This document shows, piece after piece, positions 50,173 through 62,806 of a stretch of DNA of 64,000 nt. The translations under genes and the position numbers were made by a program. How positions within the stretch are numbered: the stretch's first letter is position 1; the number at the start of each line of letters is the position of its first letter. The DNA is from Candidatus Latescibacterota bacterium (lineage in GTDB: Bacteria > Latescibacterota > CBDEFO01): the NCBI GenBank assembly GCA_965248755.1, contig OZ252149.1:2432001-2496000 (forward strand). Direction: 5' to 3'. The notes below the pieces were generated by a model. That model searched no databases. It was not told where the DNA came from and saw only the letters and a program-made list of their open reading frames with translations.

Positions 50173-50586
50173 TTAAGGGTATAAAGCTTTTAAAAGTCTG
50201 AGGGTTCTAAACAGCTCCTTTACCTCTCCTATTAAATCTCTCTCAACCTGAACAATGTCTTTCCAGCGCTCTATGGGTTGGGCAGCTACTTCCCTTTCCA
50301 AAGAGGATACTGTAATTTCAAGATTATCCCTATGGCTTGTATCTATAAGGCTGTATCTGAAATTGAATCTATTTAGGAGTATAGTTCTACAACTACAGAT
50401 AATTTCATTCAGGTCCTTAATCCTTTGCCATTTCAGTCTTTCTCTTTCCCTTATCCTATTCTGAAGGCTATCTACGATTGCTGTTTGTAGATTGACTTTT
50501 GATAGGATAAAGGTGCTTACTAAATCCTGTGGTTTCTCCTGGGGAATGTAAGGATCTTGGAAGAGGTCATCTATAGCGTAAGGCAT
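50173..50586 (-). CDS. Hypothetical protein
   Basis: 137-aa ORF, helical composition. Confidence 0.5.
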   Translation of the reverse strand: MPYAIDDLFQDPYIPQEKPQDLVSTFILSKVNLQTAIVDSLQNRIRERERLKWQRIKDLNEIICSCRTILLNRFNFRYSLIDTSHRDNLEITVSSLEREVAAQPIERWKDIVQVERDLIGEVKELFRTLRLLKALYP

Positions 50587-50836
50587 AAAGAATAAAAAGG
50601 AAGGGAGTTATTAACCATTTGGGGGGGGTATGGAGTAAGTTCTTATTTAGCTTGACTTCTCAATGTTTTCGACATATTTTATTCGATATACACGATACTT
50701 CCTTTTGGGCGTCGGACGTGGTCAGGATTGTCATTCTTTCAAGCGGCAAAAACTCCCGAAGTACCCGGACATCCTTTTGAGTGGATGGTTGATGCGTCAC
50801 TCAGCTTCATTCAGATAAGGATGGAAGAAGCTCTTG

Positions 50837-50954
50837 CATACCGTTCCCTTTGACAAAGCGACAAGTATTTTACAAATTGGAGTTTGTGGAGAAAGCAATT
50901 TCATCTGCTACCCCAAGTTGCTTAATTGGTGTCGCTTTCCTGGGGGGCACTACA
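50837..50954 (+). mobile_element. 118-bp MITE-like internal-deletion derivative of the IS3 element
   Basis: First 50 bp match the IS left end (CATACCG...GACAA...CAAATTGG) and the rest match the right end (GTTGCTTAATTGGTGTCGCTTTCCTGGG...TACA). Confidence 0.85.
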
Positions 50955-51073
50955 CTAAAGATGTATCGTAAGGCTTTTAGAGATCAACCCAAATTACAGC
51001 AAAGCCAAAGCGCGAATAGAAGAGATCGAAAGCAAGTTGGAATGACCTCTCCCGAAAGGAGTATCAATAGCGT

Positions 51074-51465
51074 ATGTACCTGCCGGTGAACCTGGGGTGG
51101 TGGGCCGTTAAGACCTGGTCCGGGGCTCAGGGCGAGCCGACATTCCCGGATGACATCGAGTATCTGTGCTGCAAGTGTCTCGGGACTGACGCCAGCTTAT
51201 CTTTGATGGGCATAGATCCCGACAATGCCCATGAGATTCCGGCGTTATCCAGGCTGGCCAACATCATAAAAGATTATGAAACCCTGCGCCTCTCGAACTA
51301 TTTTCCAGAATCGGTTAAGGCCAAGCTGAGGGCACCGGGCGAGGAGTTTACGCTGATGCGGAGTCCACGCGGAAAATACCAGTTCCAGCGCGTTCAGTAC
51401 GCCAAGCACAAAGTGGAGTGTATGGACATGTGGAGCAACGCCTGGAAGACCTATAATAGATTCGA
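51074..51465 (+). pseudogene. Internal fragment of a larger protein, cut by IS1380
   Basis: Protein-like sequence (LGWWAVKTW...PDDIEYLCCK) running into the IS end at 51466. Confidence 0.5.
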
Positions 51466-53091
51466 CCGACATTCCCCATATCACATTCATGAGGGATTAT
51501 ATTTCGATACATTCTTGTTTCTGAATTAATATTACCACTTTTACATTTTTCAACAAGTACTTTTTTCAATTAAAATAGTATTTTCCTCTGAATTATCACT
51601 TTCTTTGTGTTTAAATCCTCCAATTAGAGACACCTCTCCATCGACTCACAAAAAAATGTGGCAGTTTAAACAGAATAACATCGCAATCGTTCAATCCGGG
51701 ATAATATTTCGGCAAATAACCTCTTGTCTATCCCAACCTCAGCCATTTGAAACGTAATATATCCGCTGTGTCTGACAATCTTCGCTCCGATTTTGATAAA
51801 TTTCACGAGGAGGCTGCGTAGTGACCAGTGTTTGATTTTCTTCGGAAGAACAAAACGTCGCAGGAAGTTGCCCAAGTTGTAAGCCAGAACAAACAGCCAG
51901 AGCCTCACCTGATTGGAGACGAAACGCTTGCATGAGAGTCGGGTCCAGTTCAGAGCATACTTGCCCTCCTTAATCCACTGCTCAGCTCTGCCACGGCCAT
52001 TGTAGAAGTGTACCACGCCTTCTGGCTTGGCGCTCATGTTGGTCACGATAAATCCCACTCTTGGGAATAACTCCCCTTGGTGCCATTCAACCTTGGCGAC
52101 CACTCGCCTCGATTGATCCCAACTGGCCGCTTTATATTGAAATTCATATAACGATACAATCGGTTTCCTCGGCGGTCGTCCAACTGGCCGAGTCAGCAGG
52201 TATCGTATCTTTTCATAGAGTATCTCATTTGCGGGAAGCCGAATGGCATACAAATAGCCGTTTCCCTCCAGATAATCATAAATCTCAGGCTTTGCGAATG
52301 CAGCATCGCCTCGAAAGTATTTCCTATTCTTCTTGCTCTCGTATCTCTTGACGATCGGTTCCAGAACTTCCTTCCAACGATCAGCACTGTGAACATTACC
52401 AGAGCGAAGTAGGACTCCTTCACAATCCCCGAACTGATTGAAGCAGAACACTGGATGAAAACAGGTACATCCGAAATGACCGTTGTAAGCTGATCCTTCC
52501 TGCTGGCCATGTACCGGACTCTCCGAACTGTCCATGTCCAGAATGATTCGTTGATGCTGTGTTTTACTCATCGCTTTTTGAACCCACTTGCCATTGATAT
52601 CTGACAAGTTTCTGAGATTGTCATGCTGAGTCAGTATATCAGTTTCAAAACGTCCTATCGTGTTGGAGCTGGCAGCTTGCCTGCCTTTGTCCTTCTTTCC
52701 GGTAATCGCTCGCATGACGGGATCAACGGATAATCGCTCGGCGTCATTTACATCTTCATATCCTGCAAGACGGCTGTATATCGATTGACGCAGGAGAGTA
52801 GATATATCATGTTGGATATTACGGCCTGTGCGTTTATCGGTAAAAACCGCTGATACCGAATCAAATAATCCCAGTGCGTAATCAAGGTCACGATACGCAA
52901 GAAGTCCACCGTTTGATGTCACCTTTGCACCATGAAATTCAAGCTTTATTCCTCCATCAAAACCTACTTTCATTCTTTCACCCTCTGGATGATCAATATT
53001 TATCCGCCATTTATGAGTCTTATTTATTGTAATATAACATGTTCTGGCGACTTTGACAACCATTTTTCGGGTCTAATATGGCGAATGGGGG
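51466..53091 (-). mobile_element. IS1380-family insertion sequence
   Basis: Terminal IR CCGACATTCCCCATAT vs CCCCCATTCGCCATAT (13/16). Confidence 0.85.
51666..53063 (-). CDS. IS1380-family transposase (true start probably near 52973)
   Basis: VTSNGGLL, AGYEDVND, LDMDSS, FRGDAAF, YNGRGRAEQWIKEGK. Confidence 0.92.
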   Translation of the reverse strand: MVVKVARTCYITINKTHKWRINIDHPEGERMKVGFDGGIKLEFHGAKVTSNGGLLAYRDLDYALGLFDSVSAVFTDKRTGRNIQHDISTLLRQSIYSRLAGYEDVNDAERLSVDPVMRAITGKKDKGRQAASSNTIGRFETDILTQHDNLRNLSDINGKWVQKAMSKTQHQRIILDMDSSESPVHGQQEGSAYNGHFGCTCFHPVFCFNQFGDCEGVLLRSGNVHSADRWKEVLEPIVKRYESKKNRKYFRGDAAFAKPEIYDYLEGNGYLYAIRLPANEILYEKIRYLLTRPVGRPPRKPIVSLYEFQYKAASWDQSRRVVAKVEWHQGELFPRVGFIVTNMSAKPEGVVHFYNGRGRAEQWIKEGKYALNWTRLSCKRFVSNQVRLWLFVLAYNLGNFLRRFVLPKKIKHWSLRSLLVKFIKIGAKIVRHSGYITFQMAEVGIDKRLFAEILSRIERLRCYSV

Positions 53092-53097
53092 ATCAAT

Positions 53098-53586
53098 ATG
53101 ATCCGTCTTAACTGTATTCTTATATCCTGTGCCTTATGTTTTTTACTATGTGGTTCCAGAAGTGTTGAAGCTGTAGAAGAGACGGTGCAGAACGTACATT
53201 TCGAGGTACAGGGAAAAGAGGTGCACGTGTTCTACGATCTTTCAGGTAGGGGAACGTATACAGTAGAGCTACGCCTGTCCGCGGATGGGGGACGTACCTT
53301 CAAATCGATCCCGCAGGATCTCACGGGGGATATAGGAGCGAAGGTCCATCCGGGCCGTAACAAGAGGATCGTATGGGACGCTCTGAAGGACGTAGAGCAG
53401 CTGGAAGGGGAGAGCTTTGTATTCGAGGTGATAGCCACACGTCGGGCAGGATCTAAAAAGTGGGCTTTGATAGGTGGGGCAGTTGCTGCAGGGGCTGCAG
53501 CGGCGATCCTGGTTAGTGTCGGTGCAGAAACGGGCATAGGTGAGAAAGTAGGTACGATCGTCATCGATGTACCTGATCCGCAGTAA
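53098..53586 (+). CDS. Hypothetical exported protein with C-terminal hydrophobic helix
   Basis: Signal peptide; SADGGRTF motif; Ala/Gly-rich TM. Confidence 0.7.
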   Translation: MIRLNCILISCALCFLLCGSRSVEAVEETVQNVHFEVQGKEVHVFYDLSGRGTYTVELRLSADGGRTFKSIPQDLTGDIGAKVHPGRNKRIVWDALKDVEQLEGESFVFEVIATRRAGSKKWALIGGAVAAGAAAAILVSVGAETGIGEKVGTIVIDVPDPQ

Positions 53587-53596
53587 GGAGGCAGTT

Positions 53597-54499
53597 ATGA
53601 AAAAGCATATTCTCACCGGTATTTGTGTGCTGTTCTCGATGTGGGGGTGCAGTTCGCAGGTGGAATTGACCGGGAAGAGTGATTCAGGTGCAATCTATCT
53701 GAAACCAGTGCAGGTATTCTCACAAAGATGGGCTGTCGTAATTGGAGTATCAAATTATGAGGATTCACGCATCCCAAGTCTGCGCTATGCGGCTGCAGAT
53801 GCACAGACATTTTATGATTGGTTAATAGCCCCCCAGGGTGGTAGATATGCTCCGTCGCGTGTCAAACTTCTACTTGACAAGGATGCTACTTCACAGAGCA
53901 TCCGTGAGGCTCTGTTCTCTTGGCTGAAACAGCCTATAGACGAGGATATAGTCACAATCTATTTCGCCGGTCACGGGACACCTGAATCCCCTGATGCTCC
54001 TGAAAATCTATTTCTTCTGCCATACGATGCGGACTACGACAAGATCGAGACCACTGGCTTCCCGATGTGGGACATAGAAACGGCTCTAAAGAAATTTATC
54101 CAGGCAAAGAAAGTAGTAGTAATAGCCGATGCCTGCCATGCTGGAGGCGTAGGTTCCGAGTTTGTCGGTTCACGCAGGGGTAGGGACTTAGTCGCTGAGC
54201 CTCTTATCAATAATGCTTTGCAGAATTTGGCAAGAGTTGGAGATGGAGTAGCGATCTTCACTGCGGCCGATGACAAACAGCTTTCTCAAGAAAGTCAGAA
54301 ATGGGGCGGTGGTCACGGGGTTTTTACCTGGTTCTTGCTTAAGGGACTGAAGGGCGAGGCTGATTACAACAAGGATGGGAAGGTAACGTTAGGAGAATTG
54401 ATTCCATACCTTTCCGAACAGGTTCGTAGAGAGACTCGAAATGCTCAGGGTCCCACTGTTGCAGGGAAGTTTGATCCAGCACTTACGATAGGCAGATGA
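53597..54499 (+). CDS. Caspase-family (peptidase C14) lipoprotein
   Basis: Lipobox MWGC; YFAGHG and DACHAG catalytic dyad; AAGGAGG RBS. Confidence 0.92.
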   Translation: MKKHILTGICVLFSMWGCSSQVELTGKSDSGAIYLKPVQVFSQRWAVVIGVSNYEDSRIPSLRYAAADAQTFYDWLIAPQGGRYAPSRVKLLLDKDATSQSIREALFSWLKQPIDEDIVTIYFAGHGTPESPDAPENLFLLPYDADYDKIETTGFPMWDIETALKKFIQAKKVVVIADACHAGGVGSEFVGSRRGRDLVAEPLINNALQNLARVGDGVAIFTAADDKQLSQESQKWGGGHGVFTWFLLKGLKGEADYNKDGKVTLGELIPYLSEQVRRETRNAQGPTVAGKFDPALTIGR

Positions 54500-57400
54500 T
54501 ATTTACCTTTCGCCGTTGCCAGGGGTTTTCTATGATACGATCTTATATCTACAGTGTCGTCATGCTTGTTCTCCTTGTATGGGCCTGCTCGGATTCTCCC
54601 ACCTCCGTCTCTAAAACAGGTAGAATCGTCCTGGAGGTAAGCTACGGGAAATCCCCTTCTGCCAAGCTGGCTGAAGTTCAGGCTATAAGCCGGGTGGATT
54701 CGATGGTGGCAACTGTCTTACGGAACGTTGTGGTAGTCAAGAGACAGAGCCTTCAGCGTGAGATCAATCGGTGGCGTGGCGAGATAAGTGTTGAAGCTGG
54801 CTCTTACCAGGTTAAGTTGGAGGCCTATGTGGGGGCGGTGGTGAAGTATCGCGGAGTGACGAACGTAAACGTCCGGGCGGGAGAGATAAGCCAGGCGTCT
54901 ATTGTGCTGAAGATAGAGAACCTTGATCCGGTAGCGAATGCGGGTCGGGATACGACGGTAACGACAGGCACGACGGTACAGTTAGATGGCAGTGGGAGCA
55001 CAGATGCAGACGGAGATCAGTTGGAGTATCGTTGGACAGTGCTTTCTGGGGAGATTACCTTGAGCGATTCGAGCAGTGAGAGTCCAAGTTTCACTCTATC
55101 GGCTGCTGGAACATATCGCATCAGTCTGGTAGTTAATGATGGTTTCGCTGATAGTTCTCCAGATGAAGTGGAGGTGACAGTGAAGCCACAGAACAATCCG
55201 CCAGTAGCGGATGCTGGTGGGGACACGACGGTAAATGAGAGAGGCATGGTGACCTTAGACGGGTCAAAAAGTTCTGATCCTGATGGGGATCGTTTAACAT
55301 ATAGTTGGAGTCAGGTATCAGGTCTTACAGTCACATTATCAGACACTACAGCCCAGATGCCGACATTTGTTGCACCTGAGGTTACAAAGACGGAAGCGTT
55401 GACGTTTAGGCTTGTTGTCAGCGATGAGGAATTTGCAAGTGATCCAGATTTTGTAAATATTACTGTAAGTGACGTTACCGTCAACAATCCACCAGTAGCG
55501 AATGCGGGGCGGGACACCACGGTGAATGAGGGAGGTACAGTGACTTTAGACGGGTCAGACAGTTCTGATGCTGATGGGGATGCTTTAAGATATAGTTGGA
55601 ATCAGGTATCAGGTCTTACAGCACCGTTGTCAGACACTACAGCCCAGATGCCGACATTTGTTGCACCTGAGGTTACAAAGACGGAAGTCTTGACGTTTAG
55701 GCTTGTTGTCAGCGATGAGGAATTTCAGAGTGATCCAGATTTTGTAAATATTACTGTAAGTGACGTAAGCGTCAACAATCCGCCAGTAGCGAATGCGGGG
55801 CGGGACACCACGGTGAATGAGGGAGGTACAGTGACCTTAGACGGGTCAAAAAGTTCTGATCCTGATGGGGACGCTTTAACATATAGTTGGAATCAGGTAT
55901 CAGGTCTTACAGTACCGTTGTCAGACACTACAGCCCAGATGCCGACATTTGTTGCACCTGAGGTTACAAAGACAGAAGTCTTGACGTTTAGGCTTGTTGT
56001 CAGTGATGAGGAATTTGAGAGTGATCCAGATTTTGTAAATATTACTGTAAGTGACGTAACCGTCAACAATCCTCCGATAGCGGATGCTGGGCGTGATACG
56101 ACGGTGAATGAGGGAGGCAAAGTGACCTTAGACGGGTCAAAAAGTTCTGATCCTGACGGGGATGCTTTAACATATAGTTGGAGTCAGGTATCAGGTCCTG
56201 AAGCACCATTATCAGACACTACAGCCCAGGTGCCGACATTTGTTGCACCTGAGGTTACAAAGACAGAAATCTTGACGTTTAGGCTTGTAGTCAGCGATGA
56301 GGAATTTGAAAGTCAGCCTGATTCTGTAAATGTTACTGTAAGCGACGTAAGCGTCAACAGTCCGCCAGTAGCGGATGCTGGGCGGGATACGACGGTGAAT
56401 GAGGCAGGCACAGTGACCTTAGACGGGTCAAAAAGTTCTGATTCTGACGGGGATGCTTTTAACATATAGTTGGAGTCAGGTATCAGGTCCTGAAGCACCA
56501 TTATCAGACACTACAGCCCAGATGCCGACATTTGTTGCACCTGAGGTTACAAAGACAGAAGTCTTGACGTTTAGGCTTGTAGTCAGTGATGAGGAATTTG
56601 AAAGTCAGCCTGATTCTGTAAATATTACTGTAAGCGACCTAAGCGTCAACAGTCCGCCAGTAGCGGATGCTGGGCGGGATACGACGGTGAATGAGGGAGA
56701 AACTGTGACCTTAGACGGGTCAAAAAGTTCTGATCCTGACGGGGATGCTTTAACATATAGTTGGAGTCAGGTATCAGGTCCTGAAGCACCATTATCAGAC
56801 ACTACGGCCCAAAAGTCGACATTTGTTGCACCTGAGGTTACAAAGGCAGAAGTACTGACGTTTAGGCTTGTTGTCAGCGATGAGGAATTTGATAGTGATC
56901 CAGATTTTGTAAATATTACTGTAAGTGACGTAACCGTCAACGCTCCGCCAGTAGCGGATGCGGGTCCGGATCGGACAGTGACGGCAGGTACAACGATACC
57001 GTTGGATGGTAGTGAGAGCGTTGATCCCGATGGAGATACATTGAGTTATATTTGGTCAGCGCCACCTGGGGTCGAATTAAGCGATCCGGGTGTTATGCAA
57101 CCGCTTTTCACGGCATCAGCTCCTGGAACGTATCGCTTTACTCTGGTAGTTAATGACGGTTTGGAAGTAAGTAATCCAGATGAAGTGGTGGTGACGGTGA
57201 TTCAGCCATCCGTTTTCTCAAATGCGGAAATCGCTTTTTCGTCAAACCGTGATGGCAACAGGGAAATCTACGTGATGGACGCTGACGGGACAAATCAGAC
57301 GCGTTTGAGCAACAACCCGGCGCATGACGATCTTCCTTCTTGGTCACCGGATGGGACGAAGGTCGCCTTTCACTCAGACCGCGATGGCAACTTTGAAATT

Positions 57401-60400
57401 TATGTGATGAACGCCGACGGGACAAACCAAATCAATCTGACCAACAACCCGGGGCTTGACTTCCAACCTTCTTGGTCACCTGACGGGACGAAGATTGCCT
57501 TTGAGTCAGTCCGCGATGGCAACTTTGAGATCTACGTGATGAACGCCGACGGAACAAACCCAATACGGTTGACCAACAACACGGCGGTAGACGCTGACCC
57601 CTCTTGGTCACCGAATGGGACGAAGGTCGCCTTTCACTCAAACCGCGATGGCAACTTTGAGATCTACGTGATGAACGCCGACGGGACAAACCAAATCAAT
57701 CTGACCAACAACCCGGCGGGTGACGAAGTGCCTTCTTGGTCACCTGACGGGACGAAGATCGCCTTTCAGTCAGACCGCGATGGCAACTTTAAGATCTACG
57801 TGATGAACCCTGACGGGACTAACCAAAGAAGACTGACTAACAACCCGGCGGGGGACGGGGCGCCTTCTTGGTCAGCGGATGGGACGAAGATTGCTTTTTT
57901 ATCAGACCGAGATGGCAACTGGGAAATCTACGTGATGAACGCCGACGGGACTAACCCTGTCAATTTGACCAACAACCCAGCGGCGGACTGGGGTCCTTCT
58001 TGGTCGCCTGGACAAGTGGTGATCGTGAACAGTCCGCCCATAGCGGATGCGGGTTCAGATCAGACGGTAGAAGTAGGTACAACGGTACAGTTAGATGGTA
58101 GTGGGAGCACGGATGCAGATGGGGATCAGTTGGACTATCTTTGGACAGCGCCTGCGGGGATCACCTTGAGTAATCCGACTGCTGTGCAACCGAGCTTCAC
58201 AGCATCGGCGCCTGGAACGTATCGCTTTACTCTGGTAGTTAATGACGGTTTGGAAGAAAGTAATCCAGATGAAGTGGTGGTATCAGTAAACACTCCACCA
58301 GTAGCCCATGCTGGGCGGGACACTACAGTGAAGGTAGGTACCACGGTACAGTTGGATGGTAGTGAAAGCTTTGATCCCAATGGAGATACATTGAGTTATA
58401 TTTGGACAGCGCCAGCAGGGATCACCTTGAGTAATCCGACTGCTGTGCAAACAAGTTTCACAGCAACGACTGCTGGAATATATCGCTTTACTTTGAGAAT
58501 CAATGACGGTTTGGTTGGTAGTGAGCCAGATGAAGTGGTGGTGACAGTGATTCAGCCACCCGATGTCTCAAATGCGGAAATCGCTTTTACGTCACTCCGC
58601 GATGGTAACTTTGAGATCTACGTGATGGGCGCCGACGGGACAAACCAAACAAGGCTGACGAACAACCCGGCGCTTGACGATCAATCTTCTTGGTCACCGG
58701 ATGGGACGAAGATCGCCTTTCACTCAGTCCGCGATGGCGACCATGAAATTTACGTGATGGATGCCGACGGGTCATACCCTATACGGTTGACCAACAACCC
58801 GGCGGTAGACGCTGGCCCCTCTTGGTCGCCAGACGGGACGAAGATCACCTTTTACACAAACCGCGATGGCAACGAAGAGATCTACGTGATAAACACCGAT
58901 GGGTCAAATCCTGTCAATCTGACCAACAACTTAGGCCATGACTACGTTCCTTCTTTTTCACCTGACGGGACGAAGATCGTCTTTCGGTCAAACCGCGATG
59001 GCAACCCTGAAATCTACGTCATGAACGCTGATGGGACAAACCAGACACAGCTGACCAACAATCCGGGGCTTGACCTCCAACCTTCTTGGTCACGTGACGG
59101 AAGGAAGATTGCCTTTGTATCAGGGTCCGAGGCGAACCATGAGATCTGGGTGATGAACGCGGACGGGTCAAACCCCGTCAATCTGAGCAACAACCCAGCA
59201 GCTGAACAAGAGCCTTCTTGGTCGCCAGACGGTACTAAGATTGCCTTTATGTCAGACCGTGCTGGCCGCTTTATGGAGATCTATGTGATGAACTCCGACG
59301 GGTCAAACCAGACACGACTAACCTTCAGCACGAATAATATCAATCCTTCTTGGTTGCATGGACAAGTGGCGATAGTGAACAATCCACCGGTAGCGGATGC
59401 GGGTCCGGATCAGACAGTGAAGGTAGGTACGACGGTAGAGTTGGATGGTAGTGGGAGCACGGATGCAGATGGGGATCAGTTGGACTATCTTTGGACAGCG
59501 CCTGCGGGGATCACCTTGAGTAATCCGACTGCTGTGCAACCGAGCTTCACAGCATCGGCGCCTGGAACGTATCGCTTTACTCTGGTAGTTAATGACGGTT
59601 TGGAAGAAAGTAATCCAGATGAAGTGGTGGTGACAGTAAACACTCCACCAGTAGCCAATGCTGGGCGGGACACTACAGTGAAGGTAGGTACCACGGTACA
59701 GTTGGATGGTAGTGGAAGCTTTGATCCCAATGGAGATACATTGGGTTATATTTGGACAGCGCCAGCAGGGATCACCTTGAGTAATCCGACTGCTGTGCAA
59801 ACAAGTTTCACAGCAACGACTGCTGGAATATATCGCTTTACTCTGGTAGTCAACGACGGTCTGGAAGATAGTAATCCAGATGAAGTGGTGGTAACAGTGA
59901 TTAAACTTGTCACATCAGATTTAATCGCTTTTTCATCAGATCGCGATGGGAACTGGGAAATCTACGTGATGAACGCTGACGGGACTAACCAAAGAAGACT
60001 CACCAACAACACGGCGGATGATGTGAATCCTTCTTGGTCCCCAGACAGGACGAAGATTGCTTTTCATTCACACCGCCCTGGCGACGGTGAAATCTACGTG
60101 ATGAACGCTGACGGCACTAACCAAAAAAGACTGACCAACAACCCAGAAGATGACGATGAGCCTACTTGGTCACCTGACGGGACAAAGATTGCTTTTCATT
60201 CACATCGCTCTGGCAAAAGTGAAATCTACGTGATGAACGCTGACGGCACTAACCAAAAAAGACTGACCAACAACACGGCGGGTGACGATCGGCCTACTTG
60301 GTCCCCCGACGGGACGAAGATTGTATTTGCATCAGACCGTGATGGCGACTGGGAAATCTACGTGATGAACGCAGATGGGACTAACCAAAGAAAGCTGACG

Positions 60401-62065
60401 AACAACTTCCCGGCAAATGACCTAGCTCCTGCTTGGTCCCCCGACGGGACGAAGATTGTATTTGTATCAGGCCGCGATGGCGACTATGAAATCTACGTGA
60501 TGAATGCCAGCGGGACTAACCAAAGAAAGCTGACCAACAACACGGAGGAGGAAGCTTGGCCTACTTGGTCCCCAGACGGGACGAAGATTGTATTTGCATC
60601 AGACCGCGATGGCGACTTTGAAATCTATGTGATGAATGCTGACGGTACAGACCAAAGAAGGCTGACTAACAACACGGCGAATGATTCATTTCCTTCTTGG
60701 TTGCCTGAAGGAGTGGTGATAGTGACGCCACAGAACAGTCCACCGGTAGCGAATGCTGGGCGGGATACTACAGTGAAGGTAGGTACGACGGTACAGTTGG
60801 ATGGTAGTGGGAGCACGGATGCAGATGGGGATCAGTTGGACTATCTTTGGGAGCTTTTGGAAGCGCCTGCGGGGATCACCTTGAGTAATACGACGACTAT
60901 ATTCCCAAGCTTCACGGCATCGGCTGCTGGAACATATCGCTTCACTTTGAGAGTTAATGACGGTCGGAATGAAAGTACCCCAGATGAAGTGGTGGTGACG
61001 GTTCAGCCTCAAGAGATACCCTCTGAACTTTTCGGACCCCCGACCGACTATGCCGCCGGGGATAATCCCCGTTCAGTTTTTATTGCAGATTTAGATGGAG
61101 ATGGAGATAATGATTTGGCTGTGGCTAATGAGGTCAGCGATAATGTATCAGTATTGTTGAACAATGGAGATGGGACATTTGCGCCTAACGTGGACTATGA
61201 CGCTGGGGACCAACCCAGGTCAGTATTCAGTGCAGATCTAGATAGGGATGGAGATAATGGCCTGGCTGTGGCTAATTTGAGTGGACATACTGCGTCAGTG
61301 TTGTTGAATAATGGAGATGGTACATTTGCACCTAAGATGGACTATTCCGCTGGGTCTGTTCCCACATCAGTCTTTATTGCAGATTTAGATGGGAATGGAG
61401 ATAATGACTTAGCTGTGGCTAATATTAGCGATGCTGTGTCAGTGTTATTGAATACTGGAGATGGAACGTTTGCACCTGAGGTTAGCTATGGCGCTGGGGA
61501 TGGTCCCTGGTCAGTATTCAGTGCAGATTTAGATGGGGATGGAGATAGTGACCTAGCTGTGGCTAATTTCACCAGCGATAATGTGTCAGTGTTGTTGAAT
61601 AATGGAGATGGTACATTTGCACCTAAGGTGCACTATGCCGCTGGTGATCAACCCCTTTCAGTATTCAGTGCGGATTTAGATGGGGATGGAGACAACGACT
61701 TGGCTGTGGCTAATTTCACCAGCGATAATGTGTCAGTGTTGTTGAATAATGGGAATGGCAGATTTGCACCTAGTGTGGACTATCAAGCTGCGGGGCTTCC
61801 CTATTCAGTAGTTAGTGGTGATTTAGATGGGGATGGGGATAATGACCTAGCTGTGTCTAATTGGGACGGCTTTCCTGGTAATGTATCAGTGTTGTTGAAT
61901 AATGGAGATGGTACATTTGCACCTAAGGTGGACTATGCCGCTGGTGATCAACCCACTTCAGTATTCATTGCAGATTTAGATGGAGATGGAGATAAGGACT
62001 TGGCTGTGGCTAATCTAGCCAGCGATACGGTATCAGTGTTGTTGAATCGCTCTATTCAACGCTGA
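54496..62065 (+). CDS. Giant surface lipoprotein: PKD/REJ Ig repeats, three TolB-like PD40 propellers, FG-GAP repeats; split by +1 frameshift near 56457
   Basis: ORFs 54496-56469 and 56453-62065 continue the same repeat; GATGCTTTTAAC vs GATGCTTTAAC in sibling repeats; lipobox VWAC. Confidence 0.85.
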
Positions 62066-62132
62066 GACAGTGATCCATTACTATTGCTCGAAGGTCGCGC
62101 TTTCGCTATCTGAATCATAGGAGGGATGTCCA

Positions 62133-62705
62133 ATGAATAAAAGACTTCACTTCGCCTTACTTCTCACTCTATTCGTGATCCAGGTGTACAGCCCTATGGT
62201 GCAGGCACAGGATACGGGAATGCCGCAGGATAAGGTCGCCCTTAGATACCGCATTGAAAGATTGGACAAGGACAAGTGGAAGCCGATCGAGGAGAAGAAG
62301 ACCTTCAAACGCAACCAGACCGTTCGCTTCCGCTTTATGGGCAATATCTCTGGCACGCTCTATGTGCTCAACAGCAGTGGAGACAAAGCCTCCCTGCATC
62401 CTGTGTTTGCCGAGGGCGAGGGAAACGATCTGCGCAGGCATCTCGGCATGGGTACTCATATCGAGGCGAATCAGGTGGGCCTCTTTCCCAGACCTGACAA
62501 AGGAGGTGGTCTGCGTTTTACCGGGGTTAAGGGAAAGGAACGTTTTCTTTTCATATATATTCCGGATGTATTGGATAAGCAGCGTGCTATGATGGCGATC
62601 GTCCCGGGAGCGGAGGGCTGGGATTTCGATGCCAAAACCACATATATGGTCACCGGGGAGGTTGGAAAGATCCTGTTTCACTATTTTGAACTGAAGAGTA
62701 AATGA
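62133..62705 (+). CDS. Exported protein, DUF4384-like
   Basis: Signal peptide; FKRNQTVRFRF...GTLYVLN...GKERFLFIY pattern; GGAGG RBS. Confidence 0.6.
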   Translation: MNKRLHFALLLTLFVIQVYSPMVQAQDTGMPQDKVALRYRIERLDKDKWKPIEEKKTFKRNQTVRFRFMGNISGTLYVLNSSGDKASLHPVFAEGEGNDLRRHLGMGTHIEANQVGLFPRPDKGGGLRFTGVKGKERFLFIYIPDVLDKQRAMMAIVPGAEGWDFDAKTTYMVTGEVGKILFHYFELKSK

Positions 62706-62712
62706 TCCTTGG

Positions 62713-62772
62713 GTAGGGGAGAACCCATGTGTTCGCCCAATTTTCAGGGCAGACACGCGGTTCTGCCCTTAC
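62713..62772. repeat. GTAG-type REP doublet
   Basis: GTAGGGGAGAACCCATGTGTTCGCCC and inverted partner GGGCAGACACGCGGTTCTGCCCTTAC. Confidence 0.7.
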
Positions 62773-62806
62773 TGCCTACTGTCTACTTGAACGGGGGTGC
62801 TTTCAG

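Noticed and set aside
35784..62065. DNA repeats within propeller, NHL, PKD, PD40 and FG-GAP genes as DGR template/variable repeats
   Set aside because: Ordinary in-frame domain repeats; no reverse transcriptase and no adenine-specific mismatch pattern noticed
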